DNA of 59,000 nt from Chiloscyllium plagiosum (GCF_004010195.1 NW_025215021.1:1-59000), one strand, 5' to 3'; positions 1-13,059 are shown, counted from the stretch's first letter. The notes: generated by a model not told the origin, from the sequence alone. A program made the numbers and translations.

Positions 1-598
1 TGAAAAATGCTTGGATGAACACTTGGAGTGGGCATCACCTCCAGTCTGCAACAGGACATGTCCTCTGCGACCATCGAGTCCCCACTGTGGGCCTATTGCA
101 GCTCTGATCCAGGAACAAAGCTCAACTGCAGCTGACGACCCGTCGAATCCCCGCTGTCGGCTTGCTACAGCTCCACTCTGGGAACCAAGCTCTGCCATGG
201 CTGACACCTAAGTTCCCAAATCCAGGCTCCGGGCCTACCAAAGCCAGGAGTCCCCGATCCTGCCACCACTGCTGCCAACAACTGTCTGTCATCGCTCCTG
301 CTTCTGCACATCAGAAGATGAAAGGAAAAAAGAGAAAGAAAAACATGGTAAAGGAAAGAGAAGAATTAGGCTGGCCTGGAGTATATAGGTTCAGAAGCCC
401 CAACATTCCCTACCATGTTGGCGCCATTCTGAATGACTGTGATGCTGAACTTTTTATTTCTTTATTTTTCTAATTTATTCCTAAACTTTTGTACCTAGGT
501 AAGTTGTACCTAAGATGGTGTGATAAATGTTGACTTTGTAAACTTTTCATTGCACTAATGTGAGTACATGTGACGATAAACCTCATTCTAATTCTGAC
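1..598 (+). mobile_element. Degenerate non-LTR/SINE-like repeat ending in a Rex1-type 3' tail
   Basis: Ends with ctttt-cattgcac...catgtgacgataaa-cctcattctaattct, resembling the Rex1 3' end at 20686-20746; a similar end lies near 24230-24290. The body is not identified. Confidence 0.35.
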
Positions 599-914
599 AT
601 TCAAGATTATGGGCCTAGCACAGGAATTATTAAAGGAAAATCTTTTGATGGAAAATGCATTCTTACAGTGAGTGGCAAAACTGGTTCTCACTAAATTACC
701 ATACAGTATTCAACAATATCCTGCTTCATCCCAAATACATGCACATTCTTATACAGGCAGGGCAAGATGTCACAGCACTTCACAGGTATTATAATGGGGA
801 AAAAAAAGGGAAAACGAACAAAGCCCATGTGGGTCAATGATTGGAGTTCAGAAGATAGAATGGGTTGGCGTCTGACAGTTTATTTGATTTCATGTTGATG
901 AGATCTGATAGCTA

Positions 915-1001
915 GGAGAAAGTGAGGACTGCAGATGCTGGAGATCAGAGCTGAAAAATGTGTTTCTGGAAAAGTGCAGCAGGTCAGGCAGCATCAAAGG
1001 A
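915..1001 (-). mobile_element. Penelope-like element (family 1) terminal arm, running into an assembly gap
   Basis: ggagaaagtgaggactgcagatgctggagatcagag...aggtcaggcagcatc is nearly identical to the PLE ends at 25358, 32845 and 45206. Confidence 0.8.
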
Positions 1002-1495
1002 NNNNNNNNNNNNNNNNNNNNNNNNNNNNNNNNNNNNNNNNNNNNNNNNNNNNNNNNNNNNNNNNNNNNNNNNNNNNNNNNNNNNNNNNNNNNNNNNNNN
1101 NNNNNNNNNNNNNNNNNNNNNNNNNNNNNNNNNNNNNNNNNNNNNNNNNNNNNNNNNNNNNNNNNNNNNNNNNNNNNNNNNNNNNNNNNNNNNNNNNNNN
1201 NNNNNNNNNNNNNNNNNNNNNNNNNNNNNNNNNNNNNNNNNNNNNNNNNNNNNNNNNNNNNNNNNNNNNNNNNNNNNNNNNNNNNNNNNNNNNNNNNNNN
1301 NNNNNNNNNNNNNNNNNNNNNNNNNNNNNNNNNNNNNNNNNNNNNNNNNNNNNNNNNNNNNNNNNNNNNNNNNNNNNNNNNNNNNNNNNNNNNNNNNNNN
1401 NNNNNNNNNNNNNNNNNNNNNNNNNNNNNNNNNNNNNNNNNNNNNNNNNNNNNNNNNNNNNNNNNNNNNNNNNNNNNNNNNNNNNNNNNNNNNNN
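1002..1495. other. Assembly gap (N run); other gaps at 12160-12800, 14771-14848, 21998-22579, 40482-40538, 55421-55511
   Basis: N runs seen directly. Confidence 1.
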
Positions 1496-1829
1496 TTTAT
1501 ATGCTGTTGCATTGTTTTGGAACTTTGGGAAAAAAAAGTCAAAACAACAGCAGTTTTAAAAGGGAGAAGAGCAGAGGAAGGAAGCACATGGTGAGGTCAG
1601 TGCAGGAGACAGAGAGAGAGAGAGAGAGAGAACCTGCACAGTTACTGCCTTTGCTGTTTGAATTCGTGTATCGCTGGACATCGAAGTGCATCTGGGAAAT
1701 TTAACAAACAGTGAAATTCACAACTAATCTTGGAGGAACTGTTGGGTGAAGTTCACAGCACAGAATCAGATAAGTTAATCGTTGTTTTAAGTCTGTCAGT
1801 GTGGGAGTTTAAAGAGAGTTTAAGGTTTA

Positions 1830-2326
1830 CTACGGATTATATCTGCCATAAATGCTGTTGGATGTGAATCTTATCAGATCGAGTGGATCGGTTGGAGAGA
1901 CAGATAGAAGCGATGAGGAATTTGCAACAGCAACTGTATGTGATAGATGGCAGTTATAGGAAGGGGGGAAAATCATGAATGGCACGGATAGGATAAATAG
2001 ACAAGGTCTTTTCCCTGGGGTGGGGGAGTCCAGAATGAGAGGGCATAGGTTTAGGGTGAGAGGGGAAGGATATAAAAGAGACCTACGGGGCAACATTTTC
2101 ATGCAGAGGGTGGTACGTGTATGGAATGAGCTGCCAGAGGAAGTGGTGGAGTCTGGTACAATTACGACATTTAAAAGGAATCTGGATGGGTATATGAATA
2201 GGAAGGGTTTGGAGGGATATGGGCCGGGTGCTGGGAAATGGGACTAGATTGGGTTGGGATATCTGGTCGGCAAGGAAAGGTTAGACCGAAGGGTCTGTTT
2301 CTATGCTGTACATCTCTATGACTCCA
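1830..2326 (+). mobile_element. CR1 LINE remnant: ORF1 zinc-finger/leucine-zipper fragment joined to an ORF2 3' end and tail (subfamily A)
   Basis: 1834-1965 translates DYICHKCCW*ILSDRVDRLERQIEAM. ORF 1975-2247 reads RGHRFRVRGE...FMQRVVRVWNELPEEVVE (CR1 ORF2 C-terminus). Tail tctctatgactc. Confidence 0.85.
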
Positions 2327-2831
2327 TGTTCAATTAACTTTCCCCATCTGTCTATTACTAGTCCAGTTTTCAGGAACATGTAAATCTCCCATGATAACAT
2401 GTAACATTAGCACTTCACTTTTGCGACATGGTATTGGAAAAGCAGATTAATCTATTTTCAAAGTGGGCACAAGGGATCTTACAAAATGCTCCCATAAGTT
2501 ACCAGATCCACACTGCACTTACCTCAGAAGAATTCATAAGTTATCTTTTAAAATTTAATGAAGGTTTACAGAAGTGCTCTGAAACTCTATCATGGTTTCC
2601 TGAAGCTGGAAACAACTCTTCCTATCCTCTCCTAAGTCTGACAGAATGTAAGTTTCCAGACTGATCCAAGCTCAGACTGTTCCAAAAATGCTGACCTTGA
2701 CTTCCAGTCCCATCCTTGACTTTATTTGAGAGCAGACTGGAGAATGACACTTCAGGTGAAATCTGGTGCATAGGATTTCCTAACCTCCTCCTGCTCCATT
2801 CTGTGTTATTACCCACATCCTCCTGAACCAC

Positions 2832-3583
2832 TGTCATGTTACCCATAGGCTAGGTGCCATCCTGTCAGGTGGTGATACTCTTTTACGACATGATGTAAGC
2901 TCTCCTGCTTAATTTAAACCAACAACACAGAAAAGGTTTATCCCATACAGTAATTTGTAAAACTTCAAGTAGCCAAGAACTAGTTCAAGTAAAAATTAAC
3001 AACTTTATTTCTGAAAGTATAACAGAGAATAATTAACTAACAACTATTTACAACTCCTTCCTCGAACCTATCTTTTACCTTCCCTTCTATAATACTAGTC
3101 CGATAAAACTCCCGATTAAGATTTACAAAACAAAACTTCTTATCTGAAAACCAGGCAGCTTTTGGTTCTTCTCTGTATTCCTGTCTTCTTCTTTCTGCTT
3201 CACAGGCTACTGATTGATAAAGGTACCTTTAAGAGAGCTATTCTCTGGGCAGTTTGCAGCTGTCGTTGACTTGGCAGTTCTCCTCCCAACTGTTCACATT
3301 TTCCCAGTCTTATACCCCCCAAAGCATTGGATTATGTCAGTATACTCAATTCAAAGTTGATTGGCATTTGTTTTGTTGGTGGGGGGGGTGGAGAGTGGAG
3401 AGGAGTGTACATTTAAACTGATTGGCCGAATTCAAATCTGTTTTTATCTCCAGGCCACCAGCTACCCTAACTACTCCAGTAACTGGAGCACATGTTACAT
3501 TGAGTCTTTTTGAGAACACTTGGTGCTGTCACTGTTAGCTTTTAACTTTCTTAGAGGTACAGTACACCCACATCTTCATAACA
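2832..3583 (-). mobile_element. Probable solo LTR
   Basis: About 750 bp bounded by tgtcatg...cataaca (TG..CA, 6/7 inverted match), with AATAAA on the minus strand near 3004-3009 and no ORF. TSD unconvincing (ccac/atac). Confidence 0.45.
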
Positions 3584-3789
3584 ATACTAAACATTGCCTC
3601 CTGAAGCTCAAGATTAGCAATTTTCTACTAGAGAAGGGTAGCCCTGAGCCAATTCAGGGCAGGTTGCTCCAGCTGGAGTTTTCACCCATTCAGGAACCTG
3701 TGGACAGCCAAATGTAGCTACTGATTGTTGCATGCTGCCAACTGCTGCTCCTCATGTTGGGAACAACTGTACAGCCTGCTGTTCTCTGC

Positions 3790-4100
3790 AATGTGAACAG
3801 GGAGAGCCTTTTTCCAAGTATGGGAACGGCAAACATGAGGGGACACAACTTTGAAGTGAGGGCAGATAGGTATAAAACAGATGTCAGAGGTAGTTTCTTT
3901 ACTCCGAGAGTAGTAAGGGTGTGGAATGCTTTGCCTGCAAGGGTAGTAGATTCGCCAAGTTTAAGTGCATTTAAGTCGTCATTGGACAAGCATATGGACG
4001 TACATGGAATAGCGTAGGTGGGGTGGGCTTCAGATTAGTATGACAGGTCAGCGCAACATCGAGGGCCAAAGGGCCTGTACTGTGCTGTAATGTTCTATGT
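3790..4100 (+). mobile_element. CR1 LINE 3' end (subfamily C)
   Basis: ORF 3754-4017 RGHNFEVR...FFTPRVVRVWNALP; tail gttctatgt. Confidence 0.85.
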
Positions 4101-4974
4101 TAAACTCATACTGGCTCCAAACCCATCACTGCTTTTTGTAGAAACAGCTTGTTATTTGAAATGTGCTCCCCACAGTGCAAGGGAGCAGTGAGAGAATAGA
4201 GAAAGAAATGCAAAGACAGTGCATTCTCTTCCAAACATTAAAAACCTTTTCTTCTCCCCACAGATTCAGGCGTCTGTCAGCCAACGATAATAATCTTATG
4301 ACTGTATGATTCCATTATACGTATCCATCTGTGATCGGTGTATGATCCTGGGATGAGAAACTGGATATTTGTGGGGAATGGTACAGATTGGAAACAGCAG
4401 ACTTAGCACATTACTTGTGAACCTGACTGAAGAACTAAATCTGGTGATGGAGCAAGAAATCATAGCAAGGACAACAGACTCCCCCCAAGAGAGTTGATGT
4501 GATCCAATGAAATATTCAATCAAATATTCCCAAGTCAAAGGAGAATGACCCCAAGCTCTCCCCAACACTGGATACCATTTACCCTGATATGCTGAATAAT
4601 TATTTCACTCGAGGTCTTTGTTACCAATGATATGATGAATTCTATAATGCAGTTATTAGTTCAGTTTGTTGCTGCTTCACATTCTGTGCAATGTTCCAAT
4701 GAACAATTTCCATTTATTGCAGTGTCAGAGTCTCGATATTAATGTCTAGCTGGACTGTAGCCGGACAGAAACAAATGAGCCCCTCCGCTCAGTGACCCTT
4801 CATCAGAGCCATCAGTGGCTCTTAGCAGTTGACCATTTGTTGGAATGTCAGGCAATGGAAACCACCCCATAGATTCGGATCACTGTCAGCATTAAAACCA
4901 GATCCATATTGTGTGTGTGAGGCCACTGATAATGGCTTTGAGTTTAATACTGCAGCCTGTTTTATTGCTGGGAA

Positions 4975-5530
4975 TTATTATGTCATGTTGAAATTGTACA
5001 AGACATTGATTTCGGCCGCATTTAGAATACAGTTCTGGTCGCCACACTACCGAAAGGATGTGGACGCTTTGGAGAGGGTGCAGGGAAGGTTTATGGGGAT
5101 GTTGCCTGGTATGGAAGGTGCTAGCTATGAAGGGAGGTTGAGTAGGTTAGGTTTGTTTTCATTAGAAAAAAGGAGACTGAGGGGGGACCTGATTGAGGTT
5201 GAAGGGTATAGACAGGGTGGATAGAGATAAGCTTTTTCCCAGGGTGAGGGATTCAATAACCAAGAGGTCACGTTTTCAAGGTGAGAGGTGGAATGTTTAA
5301 GGGGTATACACGCGGCAAGTACTTCACACAGAGGGTGGTGGGCGTTTGGAACAGGTTGCCAGCAGAGGTGGTAGAGGCAGGCACGGTAGATTCATTTAAG
5401 ATGCGTCTGGACAGATGCCTGAGTAGGTGGGGAACAGAGGGATACAGATGATTAGGAATTGACCGACAGGTTTAGACAATGGATTTGGATCAGCTCAGGC
5501 TTGGAGGGCCGAAGGGCCTGTTCCTGGGCT
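4975..5530 (+). mobile_element. CR1 LINE 3' end (subfamily B)
   Basis: QFWSPHYRKDVDALERVQ...LGLFSLEKRRLRGDLIE; tail ttctttgttctt. Confidence 0.9.
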
Positions 5531-6302
5531 GTAAATTTTCTTTGTTCTTCGAATGTTTTGGAAAGTTTCTGTCCAAGGCTTGGAGCACCTACAGGGACAC
5601 TCTCAGTGCTTGATCATGGACTGGGACTGAACAGCCAGCATCAGTCTGCAGCTCATCAGTAGATAGAACCCTGGATCTCTTCCTCTGAATTCTGTGCAAG
5701 GCAAAGGCTAGGACTAGGAATACATCTCCTCAAGGACTGAATCCCTCATTTACTGCTAACATCTGAGCTCGAGACCCTGTGTGAAAGTCAGTTCAATAAG
5801 GAGATGCTTTATTAAGGAAGGGGTGATTTTGTCTGCAACATGACTGGCTGTATCAGACCTGAGCAGTACTCGACCTTGCCATTTACTAACTCTGAGGGAA
5901 GTCAATCTGTCATCTTGTGCAAATCTGTTCCATATGTGACTCCATAGCCAGAGCAATGTACAGAGAAACATTAGAAATCGAAACAAGAGAAGGCCATTCG
6001 GCCCGTTGAGTTTGCTGCATGATTTGTTGTAATCTCCCTGATCATCTAAGTATATAGCCTGTTTCCCAAATGTTGTGAATCCTTCAGCCCCAAGTACAAT
6101 ATCCAACTCCTTGAAATCGTGCAAAGCTTTGTCCTTGATGTTTTCTGTGGTAGAGAATTCCACAGGCTCAACACTCTCTGGGTGAAGACTTTTCTCCTCA
6201 ACTCAATCATAAATGGCACACCTCAAAGTTTCATACATACAGACAGCGCAGAAAAGACCCTTTGGCCCATCACATTTGCTCTGAAATAACTACCACTTCA
6301 GG

Positions 6303-6469
6303 AGCCAGTCAGTTCTGCAGATGCTGGAGATTAGAGTTGAGAGTGTGTTGCTGAAAAAGCACAGCAGGTCAGGCAGCATCCAACAAGCAGGAAAATCGCC
6401 GTTTCAGGCCGGAGCTCCTGCTCCTCGGATGCTGCCTGACCTGCTGTGCTTTTCCAGCAACACACTCTC
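6303..6469. mobile_element. Fold-back mini-PLE (family 1) with 15-bp TSD
   Basis: Inverted arms (gagagtgtgttgctgaaaaagcacagcaggtcaggcagcatcc / ggatgctgcctgacctgctgtgcttttccagcaacacactctc). TSD aactacca(c/g)ttcagg at 6288-6302 and 6470-6484. Confidence 0.8.
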
Positions 6470-7680
6470 AACTACCAGTTCAGGTTGTAAATTTGCTCGT
6501 GAAGCTCGTGGGTTTGTTTTCAGACATTTTGTCCCCATGTTCGGTAACATCAGTGAGCCTCCAGTGAAGCACTGGGGTTCTATCCCATTTTCTATTTATG
6601 TGTCTCGGTTTGTTGTGGTGGGTGATATCACTTCCAGTTCTGTTCTGAGAGGTTGGAAAATCAATGTGTTTGTTGATGGAATTCTGGTGCATGTCTTTTT
6701 TTAGCCTGTCCCTGGATGGATGTATTGTCCCAGTCGAACTGGTGTCCCTCTTCGTCTGTGTATATGGATCCTAGTTGATACTCACATATCCTGGTGGCTC
6801 GTTTCTTGCCCGTCTGTCCGATGTAATGTTTGTTGCAGGAATGCCACACACACTGACCTGATACTCAACGACAAGAGCAATCATCCCAACACCCACAAAT
6901 GGAGCTGCATCAGGACATTATCTAAACAAGCCACAACACACTGCAGCACCCAAGAACTCAGAGAAGCAGAGAAAGACACCTGTGCAATGTATTCAGGAAC
7001 AACGAATATCCGATAAGTGCAGCCTGCCGATTCCTACAAAACAGATCAAAGCAAAAAGACATAACACGCCCAGAGACTCTAGCCACCCTGCCATACGTCA
7101 AAGACATCTTGGAGATCATGACCAGACTACTCCAGCCCCTAAGCATTTGGAAAGACGAGGACTGATTAGGGATAGTCAACATGGCTTTGTGGGTGGGAGA
7201 TCATGTCTCACAAACTTGATTGGGATTTTTGAAGAAGTAACAAAGAGGATTGATGAGGGCAGAGCAGTAGATGTGATGTATATGGACTTCAGTAAGGTGT
7301 TTCTCAAGGTTCTCCATTGAGAACTGATTAGCAAGGTTAGATCTCATGGAATACAGGGAGAACTAGCCATTTGGATACAGAACTGGCTCAAAGGTAGAAG
7401 ACAGAGGGTGGTGGTGGAGGGTTGTTTTTCAGACTGGAGGCCTGTGACCAGTGGAGTGCCACAAGGATCGGTGTTGAGTCCACTACTTTTCATCATTTAT
7501 ATAAATGATTTGGATGCGAGCATAAGAGGTACAGTTAGTATGGTTGCAGATGACACCAAAATTGGAGGTGTAGTGGACAGCGAAGAAGGTGACCTCAGAT
7601 TACAACAGGGTCTGGACCAGATGGGCCAATGGGCTGAGAAGTGGCAGATGGAGTTTAATTCAGATAAATGTGAAGTGCTG

Positions 7681-10577
7681 CACCTACCACCCTCTGTGTG
7701 AAGTACTTGTCACGTGTATCCCCCTTAAAACTTCCACCTCTCACCTTAAAAGCACGACCTCTCATTATTGAATCCTTCACCCTGGGAAAAAGCTTGTCTC
7801 TATCCACCCTGTCTATACCCTTCATGATTTGATAAACGTCAGTCAGGTCCCCCCTCAATCTCCTCTTTTCTCGTGAAAACAAACCTAACCTACTCAACCT
7901 TTCGTCATAGCTCACACCTTCCACACCAGACAACATCCTCGTAAACCTCCTCTGCACCCTCTCCAAAGTGTCCACATCATTTTGGTAATGTGGTGCCCAG
8001 AACTGTACACAGTATTCTAAATGCGGCCAAATCAATGCCTTGTCCAATTTTAACATGACTTGCCAGCTCTTATATTCAATACCCTGTCCAATGAAGGCAA
8101 GCGTACCATATGTCTTCTTGACCACTCTGTCCACCTGTGCAGCAACCTTCAGGGTACAATGGACCTGCACTCCCAGATCTCTCTGCCCATCAACTTTTCC
8201 CAAGGCTCTTCCATTCATTGTATAATTCGCTTAGAATTAGTCTTGCCTAAATGCATCACCTCACATTTGTGTGGATTGAAATCCATCTGTCACTTTTCCG
8301 CCCAACTCTCCAGCCTATCTATATCCTCCTGTATTCTCTGACAGTCCCTTATGCTTTCTGCTACTCCACCAATCTTTGTGTCATCTGCAAACTTGCTGAT
8401 CATACCAACAGTGCCCTCTTCCAGATCATTTATGTATATCACAAACAACAGTGGCCCCAACACTGACCCCTGTGGAACACCACTGGTCACCTTTCTCCAT
8501 TTCGAGAAACTTGCTTCAACTACTACTCTCTGTCTCCTGTTGCTCAACCAGTTCTTTATCCACCTCGCTAGAACACCCTGCACACCATGTGACTTGACTT
8601 TCTCCATTACTCTACCATGGGGAACCTTATCAAATGCCTGACTAAAGTCCATGAATATGACATCAACAGCCCTTCCTTCATCTATCAACTTGGTCACTTC
8701 CTCGAAGAACTCTATTAGGTTGGTAAGGCACGATCTCCCCCTCACATAACCATGTTGCCTATCACTGATAAGCCCATTATTTTCTAAATATAAATAGGAA
8801 ATATCCCTCAGTACCTTCTCCAGCAATTTTCCCACCACCGACGTCAGGCTCACTGGTCTGTAGTTACCCGGAATATCCCTACTACCCTTCTTGTACAGGG
8901 GGACAACATGAGCAACCCTCCAGTCCTCTGGCACCTCACCTGTATTTAAGGATGCCACAAAGATATCTGTCAGGGCCCCGGCTATTTCCTCTCTCGTCTC
9001 CCTCAGCAACCTGAGATAGATCCCATCCGGTCCTGGGGATTTGTCCACCTTAATAACCTCTAGCATACCCAGCACATCTTCCCTACTTATGTCAATGTGG
9101 TCGAGACTAATCAAACTTCTATCTCTAATCTCAACATTCATCATGTCTCCCTCCTCGATGAACACTGATGCAAAGTATTCATTGAGAATCTCACCCATTC
9201 ACTCTTGTTTGGCACACAGCCTTCCTTCATTATCCTTTAGTGAGCCAATCCTTTCTCTAGTTACCTGCTTGCTTCTTATATAAGAATAAAATGCTTTGGG
9301 ATTCTCCTTAGTTCTGCTCACTAAAGTTATTTCATGATCCCTTTTAGCCCACTTGATTCCTTGTTTAAGACTGGTCCTACTCTTCCGATATTCCTCCAGG
9401 GCCCATTTTGTTCTTAGCTGCCTGGACCTGTACACTTCCCTTTTCCTCTTGGCTAGTCCTACGATTTCTCCTGTCATCCACAGTGCACAAATCTTGCCTT
9501 TCCTATCCATTGCCTTCAACGGGACATGCCTATCCTGCACTGCCGTTAACCTATCTTTGAAACCTCCCACATCTCAAATGTGGACTTCCCTTCAAATAGC
9601 TATGTCCAATCCACATTTCCCAGCTCCTGCCTAGTTTTGATATTATTGGCCTTGGCCCAGTTTAGTACTCTTCCCTTAGGACCACTCTCATCTTTATCTA
9701 CGAGTATTCTAAAACTTACAGAATTGTGGTCACTGTTACCAAAGAAATCCCCCACTGCAACCTTTACTACCTGTCCCGGCACATTCCCCTTCCCTGGTTG
9801 AACTATTGACATACTGCTCTAGAAAACTCTCCTGGACGTTTCTTACAAATTCTACCCCAGACCTCTGATGCTAAGTGTATCCCAATCATTGTTGGGAAAA
9901 TTAAAATCTCCCGTCACCACCATCCTGTTGCCTCTGCATCTTTCCATAATCTGTTTACCTATTTGTTCTTCTACCTCATACTCACTGTTGGGAGGTCTGT
10001 AATACAGCCCTAACAATGTAACATCTTATTTCTCAGCTCCAACCCATAATGCCTCACTGCTCAAGCCCTCCACCCAACCCATAATGCCTCACTGCTCAAG
10101 CCCTCCACAGTGTCCTCCTTTACCACAGCTGTGATATCATCCCTGACTAGCAATGCAACTCCTGCCCCTCTTTTACTTCCCTCCCTGTTCTGTCTGAAAC
10201 ATCTATATCCTGGAACATTTAGTTGCCAATCATCATGCCCTTCCTTCAACTAAGTCTCTGTGACTGCAAAAATGTCATACTCGCAAGCACCAATCCAAGC
10301 CCAAAGTTCATCTGCCTAAGGCACTATACTCCTTGCATTTAAGTACATGCATTTCAGGCCAACAGTTCCTCGGCTCTCTGCCTATTCTTCCCTTAATTAA
10401 TGTTATTTTTATGATTCCTACAGTCTCTAGTTTCCACCTTGCTGCCTCTTGTCTTCTCTTCTGGTTCCCAGCCCCCTGCCACATTAGTTTAAAACCTCCT
10501 CAACAGCAGGAGCAAAAACTCCCTCAAGGACATTGGTTCTGGTCTGGTTCAGATGGAGACTGTCCATTTTGTAATAG
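7681..10577 (-). mobile_element. CR1 LINE (subfamily B): end of ORF1 esterase, APE endonuclease and RT pseudogene, lacking its 3' tail
   Basis: ORFs 8290-9198 (PGPDG, GNYRPVSLTS, DFSQAFDKVPH, GVPQGSVLGP, FADD), 7655-8218, 9600-9812 (GNSDHN) and 10061-10249 (PGYRCFRQNR...GVALLVR). Confidence 0.93.
10039..10108. repeat. 35-bp tandem duplication inside CR1
   Basis: ccaacccataatgcctcactgctcaagccctccac x2. Confidence 0.9.
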
Positions 10578-12081
10578 TAGTTCATAGCTCCTTGAAAGTA
10601 GAGTCACAGGTAGATAGGACAGTGAAGAAGGCGTTTGGTATGCTTTCCTTTATTGGTCAGAGTATTGAGTACAGTTGGGAGGTCATGTTGCGGCTGTACA
10701 GGACATTGGTTAGGCCACTGTTGGAATATTGCGTGCAATTCTGGTCTCCTTTCTATCAGAAAGATGTTGTGAAACTTGAAAGGGTTCAGAAAAGGTTTAC
10801 AAGGATGTTGCCAGGGTTGGAGGATTTGAGCTACAGGGAGAGGTTGAACAGGCTGGGGCTGTTTTCCCTGGAGCATCAGAGGCTGACGGGTGACCTTATA
10901 GAGGCCTATACATCATGAGGGGCATGAGGGTAAATAGACAAGGTCTTTTCCCGGGGATGGGTGAGTTCAGAACTAGAGGGCATAGATGGGAGAGGAAAGA
11001 TATAAAAGAGACCTACGGGGCAACCTTTTCACGCAGAGGGTGGTACGTGTATGGGATGAGCTGCCAGAGGATGTGGTGGAGGCTGGTACAATTGCAACAT
11101 TTAAGAGGCATTTGGATGGGTATATGAATAGGAAGGGTTTGGAGGGATATGGGCCGGGTGCTGGCAGGTGGGACTAGATTGGGTTAGGATATCTGGTCAG
11201 TGTGGACGGGTTGGACCGAAGGGTCTGTTTCTGTGCTGTACATCTCTATGTCTCTATATAAACCTACCACCACACTGAAGCAGCTCCTGATGAATATTAA
11301 GGACCCCTTACCAATAGCCAGCACAACGGCCATCATTTATAAAATAGTCTGCAAGGACTGCAACAAACATGACATCGGACAGGCGGGCAGGAACTGATCC
11401 AGCAGGATATGTAAGTATCAACTAGCCACCAAAAGACATGACCAACTAGCACTAGGATCCATATACACAGACGAAGAGGGACAGCAGTTTGACTGGGACA
11501 ATACATCCATCCAGGGATAGGCTAAACAAAGACACACACACAGGAATTCCTAGAGGCATGGCATTTAACCGGAACTCCATCAACAAACACATTGATTTGG
11601 ACCCCATTTCCAAACCTCTCAGAAGCAAAACTGGAAGTGATATCACCCACCACAATAGACCGAGACGCATAAATGGAAAATGGGATAGAACCCCAGTGCT
11701 TCACTGGAGGCTCACTGATGTTACCGAGCATGGGGACAAAATGTCCGAGAACAAATCTTCCAGCTCAGCGAGTAAACTTACATCCAGAACTTCAAACCAA
11801 GCTAGAAATCTCCAAAATCGCAAATAATTATCGCTGAACTACTCCCAATATCCTTCAATGTTACAATATTTGAAATACTCTTCCAAATATTCATGAAAGG
11901 TTGGAAGGTATCCAGGCTTCATTACCTTCTGAATCAGTACATTCCCAACCAATGAGTGAAAATAATTTTCTCAAATCTCCACGAAATCACCAGCCCCAAG
12001 CCTAAAATTGTAATATAACGTGACTGACCCCTCAACCAAGGAGAACACATGCTCAGCAGTCTTCAAACACTCTGTTCAGGG

Positions 12082-12910
12082 AGAGTGTGATGGGGGGACT
12101 GTTATAGACTGTGACGGGGGGACAGTTATAGAGTGTGACGGGGGGGGACTGTTATGTGANNNNNNNNNNNNNNNNNNNNNNNNNNNNNNNNNNNNNNNNN
12201 NNNNNNNNNNNNNNNNNNNNNNNNNNNNNNNNNNNNNNNNNNNNNNNNNNNNNNNNNNNNNNNNNNNNNNNNNNNNNNNNNNNNNNNNNNNNNNNNNNNN
12301 NNNNNNNNNNNNNNNNNNNNNNNNNNNNNNNNNNNNNNNNNNNNNNNNNNNNNNNNNNNNNNNNNNNNNNNNNNNNNNNNNNNNNNNNNNNNNNNNNNNN
12401 NNNNNNNNNNNNNNNNNNNNNNNNNNNNNNNNNNNNNNNNNNNNNNNNNNNNNNNNNNNNNNNNNNNNNNNNNNNNNNNNNNNNNNNNNNNNNNNNNNNN
12501 NNNNNNNNNNNNNNNNNNNNNNNNNNNNNNNNNNNNNNNNNNNNNNNNNNNNNNNNNNNNNNNNNNNNNNNNNNNNNNNNNNNNNNNNNNNNNNNNNNNN
12601 NNNNNNNNNNNNNNNNNNNNNNNNNNNNNNNNNNNNNNNNNNNNNNNNNNNNNNNNNNNNNNNNNNNNNNNNNNNNNNNNNNNNNNNNNNNNNNNNNNNN
12701 NNNNNNNNNNNNNNNNNNNNNNNNNNNNNNNNNNNNNNNNNNNNNNNNNNNNNNNNNNNNNNNNNNNNNNNNNNNNNNNNNNNNNNNNNNNNNNNNNNNN
12801 GGGGACTGTTATAGAGTGTGACGGGGGGGACTGTTATAGGGTGGTGAGGGGGGGGGGAACTGTTATAGAGTGTGACGGGGGGCTGTTATAGAGTGTGACG
12901 GGGGACTATA
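12082..12910. repeat. G-rich minisatellite, about 23-25 bp unit (g)5-8actgttatagagtgtgac, spanning a gap
   Basis: About 3 units before and about 4 after the N run at 12160-12800. Confidence 0.9.
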
Positions 12911-13059
12911 GGAGCCTATTGTGACCATTCAGCCGAGTCTCTCTGCCTCCCCGTTCGATAATGACTGACATGTTTCTGATTTCCATTCTCATTTCTGTTT
13001 GCATTTCTCCTTCTCCTGGCAATTACCTATCCTCCTGCTCATGGCCCCTCATCCCCCTC

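Larger units (their letters stand above)
7142..11257 (+). mobile_element. CR1 LINE (subfamily A) RT and 3' end, split in two (7142-7681 and 10578-11257)
   Basis: SQHGFVGGRSCLTNL, YMDFSKVF, SGVPQGSVL, ADDTK ... KCEVLH, then resumes at VHSSLKVESQVDR...LEYCVQFWSP; tail tctctatgtctcta. Confidence 0.85.
6481..11815 (+). mobile_element. Penelope-like element (Poseidon-type, GIY-YIG 3' half) with an inverted copy of its 3' end at 6481-6849, interrupted by CR1s
   Basis: 7087-7141 LPYVKDILEIMTRLLQP continues at 11260 as KPTTTLKQLLMNIKDPLP...IIYKIVCKDCNKHDIGQAGR (GIY-YIG). 6481-6849 is the reverse complement of about 11350-11780 (both give NSINKHID...KWDRTPVLHWRLTDVTEHGDKMSENK). Confidence 0.8.

Noticed and set aside
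935..1704. Long ORFs over N runs (also 12020-12821 and 21956-22660)
   Set aside because: Artefacts of translating assembly gaps.
8290..9198. 302-aa RT ORF as a functional gene
   Set aside because: Fragment of a CR1 ORF2 bounded by in-frame stops, in a copy lacking its 3' tail.
12082..12910. CRISPR-like array
   Set aside because: Units are adjacent with no unique spacers, the context is eukaryotic, and there are no cas genes.
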